From Selaginella moellendorffii (lineage: Eukaryota; Plantae; Lycopodiophyta), in the NCBI RefSeq assembly GCF_000143415.4, contig NW_003314289.1, positions 29,109-93,108 on the forward strand: a stretch of DNA of 64,000 bases. The letters are read 5' to 3'. Shown in pieces: positions 50,890 through 64,000 of the stretch (position 1 is the stretch's first letter; every line of letters begins with the position of its first letter). The notes beneath the pieces were generated by a model. It did not search any database and had not been told where the DNA came from. It worked only from the letters and a program-made list of their open reading frames with translations. Made by a program: the position numbers and the translations under genes.

Positions 50890-53800
50890 TTACTGGTTAG
50901 CTCTTCTGCTGCTCCACCATGACTTGTGCTTCCTGGATCTCTCCTCGTCCACATGAGACAGCTTCTGGAGTATCACCTTCGTCTCTCTCAATCGCCCCTT
51001 GAAATCCTTCTTCCACACGTCAAACCTGTGCTTGAGCTTCTTGAGCTCGTCCTCCGGGCTCAAGTTGGCCTCCACTTGGCCCGACTTCACCTCCACCAAG
51101 AAATCGGCATCGTCATTGAAAACCTGCGTCCTGTGCTCGTACTCCTTCACCAGCTGCCCCACCACCGATTTCCCAGCGTCGAAATCTCGCGGGAAGTTAC
51201 TGTGGTTGTCCGACGAAGTCTGGTTCGAAGTAGCCGTGGTGCTGGCGGTGATGAATCCCGGCTCGGGCGTCACCGACGTCGCGGATTCCTCCCACTCGAG
51301 CTCCTCCGCTGGCAGCACCGGCCGGGAAGCTCGATCCCTGCTAAAGTTCGAGTTTTGCTGCTGGACGGAGTCGTCGGATTTCGCCGGGAGCGCGACAGGG
51401 ACGGGATCTTCGCTGGTGAGGCTCCTCTTTGCGGCCGCAAGGCTCTGCTGCAAGGACGTCATCTGTTTCTGCCACACCTCCTCCATGGCGTTCATCCTGG
51501 CCTCGTACTCGGACCACCGCTGCTCGTACTGCTGGAGCTTGTGGGCCATTGCCGCGTTCTCCACGTCCTTGTCCCACACCGCTTGCTCCGCTACAAGAGC
51601 GCGCTGCTTCCATGCTAAGAGCTCCGCTGCCAGTGCTCTGTTCTCGTGACCAGCATCCACGATCTGCGCACGCAAGGAGCATGCATGTCATCAAAAGTCA
51701 AAAGAAAAACGAGGACAGGCAAACAAAAGAAAAAGAGAGAAAGGAACTCCATACCTTCTGGTTGTCGCTGGCGCTTTTTACTGCCACATTTTCCGCTACA
51801 ATGCTTTGTTCTACCGACTGTACAGGGATTTCCTTTGAAGAGGAACTCAGTTGTTGTTTCTGAAGATTATAAGCTCTCTTTGCCAGCCACCTCCTCGTAA
51901 CTGAGGAACAGAGCCTTGTAACAAAAAGTACACGTAGAATTGATAGCATGCGTTTACCTGACTGGACGCGAATAACTCTCTCTTGTTTTTGCTTGTAATT
52001 CCTTCGGGATTTACGGCCCTTGATATGTTTTTGAATAGAGATCGCTGCTTGGTTCTGCTGCTTCAGTCTCGTATAACGCCTCCTTTCCCGGGTGCCTCTA
52101 ACTCGTTTTTGAATGGTGACAGCAGCTACGTTTCGTCGTTTTAATCTCCTTAATTCGTTTCTTGCAACGAGCCCTTTGAAATGCCTTTGAATTGTAAGAG
52201 TAGCATGGTGCCTTCGTAACAAGTCCTTGTAAGACGCACGAGCAAGTATACCCTTCACGTGCTTCTGGATGAATATAGCAGCACGGTGTCTTTGCTTTAG
52301 CTTCTTGAACATAGCTCTCGCTTGCATCCCTCTGACCACTGCATGTCAAACAAGTGAGCACAGTGACAAAATAGTGTGGACAAAACGAGGCTTACGAGAT
52401 TGCCATAGAACCGTTGATCTACGCAAACGCTTGAAGTACAGTCTAGCTCGGTAACCTCTGTACAAAGCTTGAGCGCCAACGATACCGTTCATCGTACGCG
52501 TTCTTTTCTCTTCTAGCACTGCAATCTGCAGTTTTATAGAATGTTAGAGCAGGAACACAAACCAGCAGTCAAATACCTGGCCAGAGCGGAAGAACAGCTT
52601 TGTTAGACCAACTTGGTATGTCTCTGGGGACACATTGAAGTGCTGCAATATAGAAATACAGACACTCAAAGCATCACGAGTATCGGAAGCCTGTTTCTGG
52701 AGCATGATTCTGAATCTGAAAGAAAATATTCAGAGCCAAGGCTATCAAGTGAATGGCAGAATATGAAAATACCTGTCAGCGAAGTGCTGGTGCAAATGAC
52801 GCGAAGGATAGCCAGACCTTGTAATTCTCACTACCTCTAAAACGCCACAACAGCGGAGCTGTTGAAGTACAAGATCTTGTTCAAAATTGTCTGGTAGTTG
52901 ATAGGCGTTTGGTTTTACACAACGTATAAAATGCGGGGACGTATTTTCCAGCCTCTGTAGTAGCCTAAACAATTGACCCTGAAAAGAAAGAAAAATTCAG
53001 TAACACTAAGCCTCTAAGATACACCACCTTGAATTTTGTTGACACGCTTTGCTTTTGCGATTCTTTTCTAAATCCCTCGCCCTTTTTTGCAGAAAATGCA
53101 CGACTTAGCGAGCTCTTACACGATGACAAAAGCTCAAGAATATCTGTGTGAAGTAAATCCCTATTTTTCTCCATTATTCCGGATGTACTGTATGTTACCT
53201 GAAGAAAGAGTCAATCCTCGTCAGGAAAGAACTACAAGAATTTACCTCTCCAGCATAATGACGAATGGTGAATCCCGTATCCCTTTCAGCTTTAAAATGA
53301 CTGTTCTTTGACAGATGCTTGCTCAATTTCATCGCCAATGAGATCTCAGTTGACTGTGGAAATGTGCATTCCTCGTCGAGCAGAGAAATAAGCCCAAGTG
53401 GTCTCTGAAGAAGAGAATGATCGGGGATTGATACCGACGGGAATTGAAAGTACCTTTTCTATCAAGTCTAAACATTCTTGATTGTCAACAAATTCGATCC
53501 TCGTCCAATCAATGCCTTCTGCTGAATACTCCTGAATTACAAGATTATTTACTTCGTTGAAAAGCGCAAAAACTTCTACCTCTTGCTCGAGTTTGAACAG
53601 GTGGCGGTTGAAATGTTGCTGTAATCTTTCATTTGCATAGTTTATGCAAAGTTGCTCAAAACTATTACTCTGCAGTAGAAAACTCAGTAAAATCGCGAAA
53701 ACTAAAATGAGCGCACCGACCTGAAAGGACTCAAAACCGTAGATATCTAGAATGGTGATGGTTTTTCCAGTCCGCTTCTTGCCAGCTTCCATTGAAATAT

Positions 53801-56185
53801 TTATCCGTTCTACCAGCCAATCGAATAAGCTTGCATATAAAGCCTTCGCCAAAGCGTCTCTCGCGTCAACAGCCTGAGTTGAAAAAAAGGCTGTCTTGTA
53901 AGTACATTTCAATGCTAGAAGAGCTACCTGACCTGTGGGTAAGTGAGCTTCTGCACAATGTCCTCATTTCTTGCACGGATCTTTCGAGTACAGAGTGCTT
54001 GAATAAGATCAAGAGCACCACATTCCAGCAAAGATGCTGCCACTTGAATAGCTGCCTTAAGGATATCAGTAAAAGAAATATCGATGCATAAAATAGTCTT
54101 CTCACCTTCGTCATTGGTTACAGTGACGTGGTTTTCGTTGTCGATGATGGAAAATGCAACATTTCCCAGCCAAAGTACCGCTGCGAGCATTTTGAACGCC
54201 TTTTCTTGATCTTCTTGATTTATTTGAACAGTGTTCATCGCATTCTAAACAGAAAAGTTTTAGAAGACTAGAAAAACACGTTATTTTGAAAGCTAACCAG
54301 CATACGGTGAAATTGTCCTGCGTCATCGACGTTCTCAATAGCAAGACATTTCCCTTGATTTAAGTAATGATAATCGGAGGCATGTCTTAGTTTCAAACGA
54401 TCTGCACACACGAAATATGTTACATGCTTCCACCTGAAAAAACTATGATGTACCTCGCATGCCAGCATCTGCCCCAGCACATAGCTGGTAAAACACATGG
54501 TATGACCTTTCACCTGGTGCTTGATGTACGACTCTAGACTTTAGAGCAAATTATTAAGATTAGCAACTGTTTTGAATAGAGGAAGTTTGTTACCTTCTCA
54601 AGTAAGTCTGCAAGAACCAAAAGCAGCTTAGAAATTACAAATAACAAAAAATGCGAGGATAGAGTAAAAAAACTTACACGTCTGAATTTTTGCACCACAA
54701 ATTTTGCCGGCGCTATCAAAAAAAATATCAATAAGCTTTCCCTGCACAACAATTGACAGAATCAGTTAAAATAGTGTAAAATTTTCGCTCACTCACAAAA
54801 CGACTAGAATTGTTATTGCGAAGTGTCTTTGCATTCCCAAAAGCTTCCAAAATCGGATTAGTTTCCAGTATTTCATTTTCCACACCTCCTCCACCTCCAA
54901 GGGCAGCTAAATACTGCATTGCAATCTTCGCAGTCTCAGTTTTGCCGGCCCCACTTTCACCACTGCAAGCATTGCAAGTATAAGAAAACCAGTAAAATAC
55001 ATGTAGATAATCGTTACCTGATGATAATGGATTGATTTAGTCCAGCTGAAATCAGAATAAGTTTTACCTTCTCAGATTCAAGATCAAAACTACCACTATA
55101 CCTGTTATCATCTCCTTGTAAGCACTGTCAGCAGTAGCATACGCGTGAGGACTAAGACCGGCTTTAGAACCAAGCTGTCGAAACATGTCAATATACTCGG
55201 ATGAATAGATTGGAACTTTTTTAAATGGGTTGATGGCGATAAGAACTGGTCCGGCTTTGGTCTGTATGAATAAGAAATACCATTATAAGCCAATCAACTG
55301 AAAAGAGAAACGAGAATACGAGAATCAACTCACATAAATAAAACCTTGGCTGTAGCGGTATTTCAAATTGTGAAGAACTGCTGGTTCGTTCAAGTAGCTC
55401 AGTTGAATAAGATCATCTATCCCTTCGAGAATGTCAGGATTAGCGGGAAGAACCATGGATGTTTCCGCTTTTATAACCTGCATAAAAAATAAAAAATTTA
55501 TTAAGTACAATGATAATATCTCCGACTCACCTGTCCATCCAGAACAGAAATGACAGGACTCGCATCTCCGACAGCTTGAAGAGTTCCCAGAATCCATTCT
55601 CCTTCTGTGGATCTACACCAGACTCGTGAATTCTGCCAGAAAACTAAATAATTCATACAGGAAAGGAGAAAGGAAAAAGGAAATACTCACCTTCTTCAAA
55701 GCGTCTTCCCTCCACCGCTTGCGCGCATTTGTCCTGCTTTCCACAATCGCTGCCACTGGAACGGCGGGAATCGCCTTCTCTTCTGTCAAGTCCCCGTCCT
55801 CGCCAACCAGATCCTCAGCTGTCTCATAAGCTGAATCTCTTTCCACGAGATCGTACTCGTTCTTCTCATGCTGTGTTTCTACGTCCATGCACGAATCAAC
55901 ACCATTGTTCTTGCTCTCCACGCCAGTGTCATTGCCATCCTTGTGCTCTACTCCATTGCCATTTTCGTGGATCGCCGGTGTTTGCTCATTGCTACTTTCC
56001 ACAGGCTTTGTCGCGGTTGCTTGACGGATAATACCATCCAAACTCTTTCTACCACCACGTAAGGAGGAGGGTAGCCGACCTCTGGAAGTTGGCCGCTGAG
56101 GCAATGCCGGAGGGAAATCCTTGGGCTTCTCATCCGATCTTTTCAACGATTCCAAAATCTCCTCTAGCGTGCTGCGTAGAGCCAT
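50890..56185 (-). CDS. Class VIII myosin (multi-exon)
   Basis: [32 protein letters not shown]-terminus, P-loop [51 protein letters not shown] motifs, and class VIII tail [11 protein letters not shown]...[15 protein letters not shown]. Confidence 0.96.
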
Positions 56186-57894
56186 GATTCTATATCGCCC
56201 ACCTGATCTTGCCTCTCAAACCCCAATCCAATCCTCGCGGACGTGTTTCAGTCACTCTCTTCCGCTGGCCCGACGAGGAAATCCCTGTCCCTCCCAAATC
56301 TCCCAGCAAAACGGAATAGCCGCGGGCCACATTCTCTAATCGCGCCTGCGCTGTGCATCTATCCCGGACCATGGATAATCCAATCCCTCATGTACCAGCT
56401 CCCACAGATCGCCGATCGAAATTTCGACCGTGAATCGAATCCGGATGCTACCCTGCCGCCTAGGGATCGCCCCGCCGCAATCCCAGTCGAAACCCTTGGA
56501 CGATGAAGAACTCACCGATTGAGCGCGGCGCTGGAGAGATCCACTCCGCGAAGCTGCTCGCTGGAGCTAGCGCGCGAGATCCGACACGCGCACCGATCTT
56601 GGAGGGCGATCCGGTCGAGGAAGGCGCTCACATCACTGCCGCATTCCCTGACGACGCAAAACGCATAAATTCTTTTTTTCCCTCTGTTGCTGGAAGAAAA
56701 TCCGAGCATCGCATGCCCGGCCCTAGGATTCCAGTATCCAACGCTCCCATCCCCGCCACGTGGGCATCCAATGTTATGTTATATTAGGGCACCAGTGCCA
56801 TCCCCGCCGTCGATTGGCCCCTCGTCAGAATCCAGGCTGCCCCTGCCGTCCGATGGGCGGACAGCGCTGCGCGGGAAAGTTTTGACGCTATCCAACTGGC
56901 TGGCCACGTCCAGAGCTCGAATCCTGGCACGACGCCTATCAGATCGATTTCATTCCACGCATATAGAAGGATCCAGTAACACAACAAAAGTAGTGGCATC
57001 ATGTCCCCTGGCTCCACATCGCGCACGTAGCCACCCAAAAATTTAGTAAAAAGACTATTCTTTTCAACCTTGGAAGAATCTACACGAGGATGCGAATCGA
57101 ATCCCAGTGCTCACGAGATTCGAGCCCCGGATCAATGCATCTCTGTCTGTCAGGTAAAGGAAACCACCCTGGTCTAGGAAAGGTGGCGGCCCTTAAAATG
57201 TAGGACTCCAAAGTCACACGCAAAACTTTTCTTCCACGAAGGGACACTGGTCATAAAACCCTAGTCTTTTATAGCCACCTATCAGGGGCCAATAACCATC
57301 GTTTCACACACATTTTTCTTTCCAACTTACACCACTGCACAGCTTTCCCAGAACCACACGGTACAAATCCGCTCTACGGAGATTTTCCCTGTCCTGAGAG
57401 CTTTCAGTACAAACAAAAATTTTAGAGAGAAAAAAAAAGAAAAGAGGTAAGCTATTTCATATTACAACAGGGTGTGTGAGAAAGACAAAAAAGAAAGAAA
57501 AAAAGAATGGGCTTTTCCTTTACGGCCAGGGACTTGGTTTGATTTGATTGGATTGAATTTTCTTCTTCCTGTGGACTCTTTTGTCTGTCTTTACTCCATC
57601 TTCGATTCTTCCGCCAAAGCCGGATTTGGCTTTCCCTGATATGATCATCTATCTCCTCCAAACTGCGAGAGGCACTGTTCTTGAGAGTTTCTTTCCTCTC
57701 TAGCTATACTTCCCCCCCGTGTCAATCAATCCTGCTTGACAACCTGCGAATTTCTCAAGAGCTTTGAATCGGGTACCTGAATTGGATACCGCTCCAAGGA
57801 GATATCGCACAGAGAGGGAGCCATAACTTCGAGCTGAGCAGCGGCGGCGGTAGCAGCAGCAGCACCTAGCAGAAGAAAGAAGAAAATAAAAACT

Positions 57895-59418
57895 CTACAA
57901 CCAAGGAGGAAGTCCTTTCCCCTCCTCCCTGAACCCTGCCTGAGTCCTGTAAGATAGCTTATAGCTATGTGTGTTTTTCCTGTCCTGTGTGTCCTCCCTG
58001 ATAGACGAGTTTAAAGCCTGGAGAGCCTCGTTGCGAGCGCTGCTTCTGCCGCACTCGCTCTCCCCCCGTCGCTCACCACATCTCGCAGGGTAGAACATCG
58101 TCAATCTCATCCGAGCTCGAGTACCACTCCTCGATATCCCAGCCATCGTCTGAGTAGTGCACGTCGGACATGTCGTCGTACAGGTCGAGCATCTGGAACT
58201 GGTCATTGAACTTGATGTTGTAGATGACTCTGATCTTCCGGCACCGCTCCGCCATGGCCCCGTCGATCGTCAAGTTCATGCAGCCCCTCAGATCGAGAAA
58301 GTCTAGGCTCTTGCACTTGTCCAGTATCGCGGCCAGCCCCGAGTTCGTGAGCGATCCGTAGCAGAGCTCGAGGTGTCTCAGCAGCGGCATGTGTGCGGCG
58401 ATGGCCAGCGCCTCGTCGTCATACTCCTCGGCCACCAAGTTGTTGGTCTGGAAGAAAAAGGACATGTTGCGGTCGAGGCGCGCGAGCGACTTGCAGGAGC
58501 GGCCGATCTGCGCGAGCGCCGTCTTGGAGATCGCTGTGCAGCCGCTGATGTCCAAGTGAGTTATCCTGCTCAAGCTGGGGGCGATGTTGGCAATGCAGCC
58601 GTCCGTGACTTGGCAGAATGGTATGCGAAGAACTTTCAACCCATGACCCCTGCAAGGCCAAAGAATGTATAGAAAACCATTCATGTCAATAGCATCCAGG
58701 CCCTGGCAGAGAGAAGTTTCTTTAAAAACCATTGCTGGTTCCTACAAAACCATGCAAATTCCATGCAAAGCGACTCAAACGAACCAGGAAGAGGTCAGGG
58801 CCGTTTGCTTGTATCTCACCGGGAAGCGTTATCTATGCAATGAGCAATCGGACTAAAGAAAAATCAACGCCAGAGACCTAACGGAATTTGGTTTTTTGCG
58901 AGACAATCACTAGCAAAGCAAAGAGCAAAGAAACAAGCTAAAGAAACCCAAGAACACACAAGAACACACAAGTCAATGAAAGAAGAGAGGAGAAAAAGAA
59001 AGAACCTCTTGGCGATGTAATCCACTGGCTCGTCGTTGGCGAGCCGACAGACCGAGAGCTCCTCGAGGCCGCCTCCGCTGCGCTCCACAACGAGCTGGAC
59101 CATCCTGTGGATTACCTCCCAGGGCATGAGCCGGCTCCATTCGTGCAAATCCACAACCCTCCAGCACGTCGGATCCATCGCCGCCTTGCGCCACGCCTTG
59201 CAAACCACGGGGACGCTCCGCATTCGCTCCTCGAGCGGAAGAACAGCGAAAATCCTGGCCAGGGCTTCCGGCAGCATCTCCGACCACTGCGCCGCGACGC
59301 CCCCATCGCTGACGCTCGGTGCTAGCAGCGCCGAGGAGGAGCCGCCGCTGCAAATTTCAGCGCTGCCGCGCTCCATCTCCATCTCCACCTCCATTGGCAT
59401 TGCCATCGCCATCGCCAT
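57895..59418 (-). CDS. F-box/LRR protein, FBW2/SKIP1-like
   Basis: F-box WSEMLPEALARIFAVLP...VPVVCKAW...PTCWRVVDL, then RNM...DDEALAIAAHMPLLRHLEL...LDLRGC and an acidic tail. The CDS either stops at 58073 or, via a TG|GTGAGC donor, has a last exon 57946-57895 ending GLPPWL. Confidence 0.85.
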
Positions 59419-59573
59419 CGCCACGACACGATGTAAGCGGGGGATCAGCTTTACACAGGGAGACTTAAAAGAAGAGTGTCCTTAACCTTCCACGTCACCA
59501 TCAGACGTGGACCATCTGGACACGTGGACGGTCGTGGGCATTCTGCTAGGGCTTTCTTAGGGTTCTTGGGGGA
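59419..59573. promoter_or_regulatory. Very short bidirectional promoter between the F-box and sirtuin genes
   Basis: 155 bp between divergent ATGs. Contains G-box CACGTG (59521), ACGT cores at ~59491 and ~59505, and a TAGGGTT telo-box-like motif. Confidence 0.55.
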
Positions 59574-60750
59574 ATGGAGCTCGACGAGGCGCTGCGCAAG
59601 GCCGCCGATCTCATCGTCAATGCGTCCTCGGTGGTGGCGTTCACTGGCGCTGGAATTTCGGTGGAATCCGGTAAGAATGCGGCGATCTAGCTCACAATGC
59701 GGGTTATTTCATTCGTCTTAGATGGCGCATTGCTCAATGCTTGTTTCGAGAGGGATTTTTCTAACAATGAATTGCCGCCAGGAATTCCGGATTTTCGAAG
59801 CAGCGGGGGATTGTGGTCAAAGTATGATCCCGAGGTGTATTGTAACTATTCTGTTTTCAAACAAAAGTAAGCGCTGGAGAAAAGAAGTTTTACTTTCTAG
59901 CTTCTTCTCTAACATTTTTTTTTTTGTTTGCTTTTCTGTTCAGGCCCGAGCTCTTTTGGAAGATGGCAGTGGACATGCAAAGCACAATGGCAGAAGCTCA
60001 GCCCAATCCCGCGCACTATGCGCTTGCCGAGCTTGAAAGTATGGGATATTTGAAACATGTTATAACGCAGAATGTAGATAACTTGCACCAGGTACTTGGG
60101 ATCATCTCTCTCCTTTTCTCTTTCTCTATTTTGCTTCTCGTATCCGACCAATTGGGAAATCTTTGTAGCGTGCAGGGAGCAACAAAGTACGTGAGCTGCA
60201 CGGGAATGGATCAACTGCGTCGTGCATGGCTTGTAGGAGCAAGGTACCAATCTCGGAGGCGATGGATCAGTTGAACTCCGGAAAAGTAAAAACAAACTTG
60301 TCTCTTTTTTTCCCAGCTTTTTCTTACACTGTACATTTGCAGAGTGTTCCGGTGTGCTCTCGTTGTGGAGGAGTTTTAAGAATGGACGCGATCCTCTTTG
60401 GCGAGCCTTTACAAAGTTCTGTGATGGAAGGCTCGCTACGATTGGCAATGTTTGCGGAGGTGATGCTTGTGATCGGAACTTCTCTTGTGGTAGGCACCAT
60501 GGATGCTTTTGTGTTGTTTGAGCTGAACTTCTCATTTCATGTTTTCGTTTTTTCGTCCGAGCAGGTCTCGCCCGCCAACAGCCTCGTGCAGCTCTGCAAA
60601 TCCAACCAAGGAACAATTGTCATTTGTGATCCCAGCCCTGCCAATTCTCATTTGGCTCATGTAATGCTGCGCGGAAACGCAGGCGAGGTGTTGCCTCGCC
60701 TTGTGCAAGCATGCAAAGCGCTGAGAACTAAAGGCAAGGCTCAGATGTAA
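59574..60750 (+). CDS. NAD-dependent deacylase (Sir2/sirtuin), compact class U/III-like, six exons
   Basis: The spliced frame reads MELDEALRKAADLI...[30 protein letters not shown]..|[35 protein letters not shown]..CMAC|..CSRCGGVLRMDAILFGEPL..VIGTSLV|VSPAN. Introns are GT-AG. Confidence 0.92.
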
Positions 60751-61975
60751 GAAGCCGGAAGAAAAAAAGGTTCTTTTTTACACAGACGTTCCGTCCTTTA
60801 TGTTTTTCTTGCTAATGATTTGTCCCACAGTGGAAGTCAGAGGGGATGCGTAAAGTAAACGCGGTCCAAACCGGACTAAAGCAAAAGCCGTGACGAGACC
60901 TTTCAAAGACAAAGTTTACTATGCAAAGTTCCATCAATCATACATGCAGGTAAGATAGTTTACTTGGGGCTTTTTTTTTCCAAACTAATCTTGTTTAGTT
61001 CCTTGTGTGTTGTTATTGACAGCATGTGTGATTCAGGCACACATCAAATCGCCAGAGACTGTCAACACCGGACAATCTCCTAGAGCAATACAAACAATGG
61101 AAAAAGGAAAGCTTGGAGTAAGCAATCGCGTTTGGAATCTCTCCTGATGATTTGACAAGGTTGAGAGAGAATTTGATTTTATTTGCATGGTCTGTAGACA
61201 ATGTGGAAAAATCTCTGGTCCCTTGGTACGCCCACTTACAAAGTGAAGTATCTGAACGTGCTGCTTTTTCACCCCACTATGCTATCCGCTATTCCTATTG
61301 TTAATCTCTTGAATTTATTGTTTTACTAGTCAAAATATAAATTTGGTTTTAAAGAGGTAGTGGCCTTTTAGCTAAAACTCGAAACACTACCTTTTTCCTC
61401 TTAACTAATGTTGTCGTTCATTCATTGTTCATCCTGGGGGTCGATCGTTTCCAGGGACAAAAAGTGATCAATCAAAATGCATCTAAGAAGTAGACAAACC
61501 CTAAAAAAAGATCTCGATTGGAGGCCACTATAGGAAGTAACAGTGACAAGAAAATCAATTTGCACCCCTATATAAAAAGGCAGTAGAAATAAAATAAAGG
61601 TAGTTTATAATTGCACGTTTTACATACCGTACGCGCAACTGAAGGGCGGCGGCCCAGCCACGTCAGCGCACACCCGCGAAGAAGAACCCTAATTTCTCAG
61701 TGCCAGTGCGTGGCCAGGAGCCGCCATATCCACAGCGGCACGCTGCGCGTAGAATTTAGGGTTGTAGGGTTCCACATTGGGACTGGGAGAGCGCTGGGAG
61801 TCTCATCTCTAAGGTGAGAATTTCTAGCTCGATCTGGCCTTGACAGGAGATTCGTTGACCTCTGTTTTTTTTTTGTGTGCCAGCTGCGAGCCTTGGAAAT
61901 CGCGTTTCTACATTTTGCCTGTTCGTCACGCACCAGTGGAGCTCTCGCTTTCGTTGAGCGCTCTTCGGTGGAGTG

Positions 61976-63769
61976 ATGGCAGGCGTGCTGGTTCCTTCGC
62001 AAAATATGGGGATTTTCCCCCGTTCCTCGCAGTCACTCTCCTTGCCTTCAAAGCTTTGCTACAAGACGCCGAGATCATCGCTAAGTTTTCGATCGCCCAA
62101 GCAAGCGTGTGTCATCGCTGGCCTTGGCTCTTCCTTTTCTCCACTCTTGGCTCTTAAAAGAAGGCTCAAGCCCGGCTCGAGCTCGCCATCCATTCCAATG
62201 GTCGCTGTTCCACTCCGAACTGTCACTGCTCCTCAAAGCGATGTGGTCGGTGACTTCTCCAAGGAGTTTGATCCTGCTGCTCCACCACCATTTTCTCTGG
62301 GAGATATCAGAGCTGCCATTCCAAAGCATTGCTGGGAGAAGAATGTGTGGAGATCGATTAGCTATGTCGTGAGGGACATAGCGGTGGTTCTCGGACTGGC
62401 TGCTGGTGCTGCTTACTTGAATAATTGGCTCGTCTGGCCACTCTACTGGGCTGCCCAAGGGACGATGTTCTGGGCTCTCTTTGTGCTCGGCCATGACTGG
62501 TAAGTTTTTCTTCTCCCAAAAACTTGTTTTTGCTTTCTCGTTCTTACGCGTCTTTGATCAGTGGACACGGGAGTTTTTCCAATAACAAGAAGCTTAACCA
62601 TGTCTTCGGCCACATTCTCCATTCTTCCATCCTGGTTCCATACCACGGGTGGTACGTATGCTTTTCCATTTCTTGTTTGGCTTAGAGCTTAAACTTTGTG
62701 GAAATCCAGGAGGATAAGCCACCGGACGCATCACCAGAATCACGGCCATGTCGAGAACGACGAGTCCTGGCATCCAGTAAGTCGCCTTAAGCTCTTCCAA
62801 GTGAAAACCATTTCGTTTTTCCTTATCTTACACTGTTCTTCATGTAGATGACCGAGAAGCTCTACAAAGACGCAGATATCTTTACTCGCTTCGGCCGGTT
62901 CCAGCTTCCATGGGTCATGTTTGCTTATCCGCTTTATCTGGTATTACTAGAAGTTCCATTTTGCTTTGCCTCGTTTCTAATCTTTCTCACGACCAGGCGA
63001 CGAGGAGTCCGGGTAAAACTGGCTCTCACTTCCATCCGGACAGCTCTCTCTTCGTCCCGAGCGAGAGAAACGACGTGATAACGTCGACAGTGTGCTGGTC
63101 GGCGATGTTGGCGTTGCTGGCTGCCATGACCGCTGCTGTTGGCCCCGTTTGGATGTTCAAGCTTTACGTCGTACCTTACTTGGTAAGTTTTCCAGAGTTC
63201 TACGCAATCGCTTGATGCTTGTGACCGCAGATCAATATTGTTTGGCTGGATGCTGTGACTTACATGCATCACCACGGGCACGAAGTCAAGGTTCCGTGGT
63301 ACAGAGGAAAGGTACTGTGCAAGCTTTTTGTTTTTTTTCAAGGCTCTTTATGCTGGAACTCTAGGAGTGGAACTACATGAGAGGGGGACTTTCCACCATA
63401 GACAGAGACTACGGAGTGATCAACAACATCCACCACGATATCGGCACTCACGTCGTGCATCATTTGTTCCCTCAAATTCCTCACTACAATTTGGTGGAAG
63501 CTGTGAGTTCATCTTAGCGCTTTTTTGCTTCGGAACGAGCTAATCGTGGTTCTTTTTTCTTTTTTTCTTTTTTCTTTTTTCTTTTTTTTTTTGTTTTCTT
63601 GGTGTAGACCAAAGCGATAAAGCCTGTGCTGGGAAAATACTACAGGGAACCAGAAAAATCTGGTCTGCTTCCCTTGCACTTGTACAAAATTCTTAAGTCG
63701 AGCCTCGAGGAGGACCATTTTGTGCCGAATGAAGGCGACATTGTCTTCTACCAGCGGGACTCCATTTAA
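61976..63769 (+). CDS. FAD7: Plastid omega-3 fatty acid desaturase (FAD7/FAD8 type, multi-exon)
   Basis: Ser/Arg-rich transit-like N-terminus, [23 protein letters not shown], His boxes HDCGH, HRTHH and HVVHH, and stop TAA at 63767-63769. Confidence 0.93.
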
Positions 63770-64000
63770 AGAGGAACAATGAAAAAATCATTTTTTGGCG
63801 AAAATGCGAAGCCAACAAAAAAGAAAACACGCAAAAAGCATTCTTTTCTCCAGAAATGTCATATAGAGTTTGATCTTTATAAAGAGTCCCATTCGAAAGA
63901 TTCGTTTGATCAGGAGGAGCCTACCTATAAATATAAAAGAATGCCAGTGGAGAGATGCGATACGGGTTCCCTAGAAGCTTTTATACAGCGCTCTTTCTTT

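Overview
Eukaryotic plant DNA. The compact genes, ~50-70 nt introns and a Tcn1-type chromovirus suggest a lycophyte such as Selaginella; this is an inference. Ten protein-coding genes lie in dense blocks: TORTIFOLIA1/SPIRAL2-like, SMT2-type sterol methyltransferase, TYW3-kelch, katanin p80, a UDP-glycosyltransferase, a highly divergent AUX1/LAX-like permease, myosin VIII, an FBW2-like F-box protein, a compact non-SRT1/SRT2 sirtuin and a plastid omega-3 desaturase. Two nested LTR-retroelement islands (about 3.3-9.4 kb and 31.3-48.7 kb) separate the blocks, and there is one assembly gap (N run at about 38.75-38.85 kb). The most notable observations are: an intron-containing, prokaryote/protist-like sirtuin; an AUX1/LAX homolog with rewritten pocket motifs; a TYW3-kelch gene that lacks TYW2 and has an inverted copy of its own exon just downstream; a self-priming chromovirus with a G GGA AAC frameshift and pseudoknot; and a TRIM family present twice. 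All calls come from reading the sequence and recalled family motifs. No searches were run.
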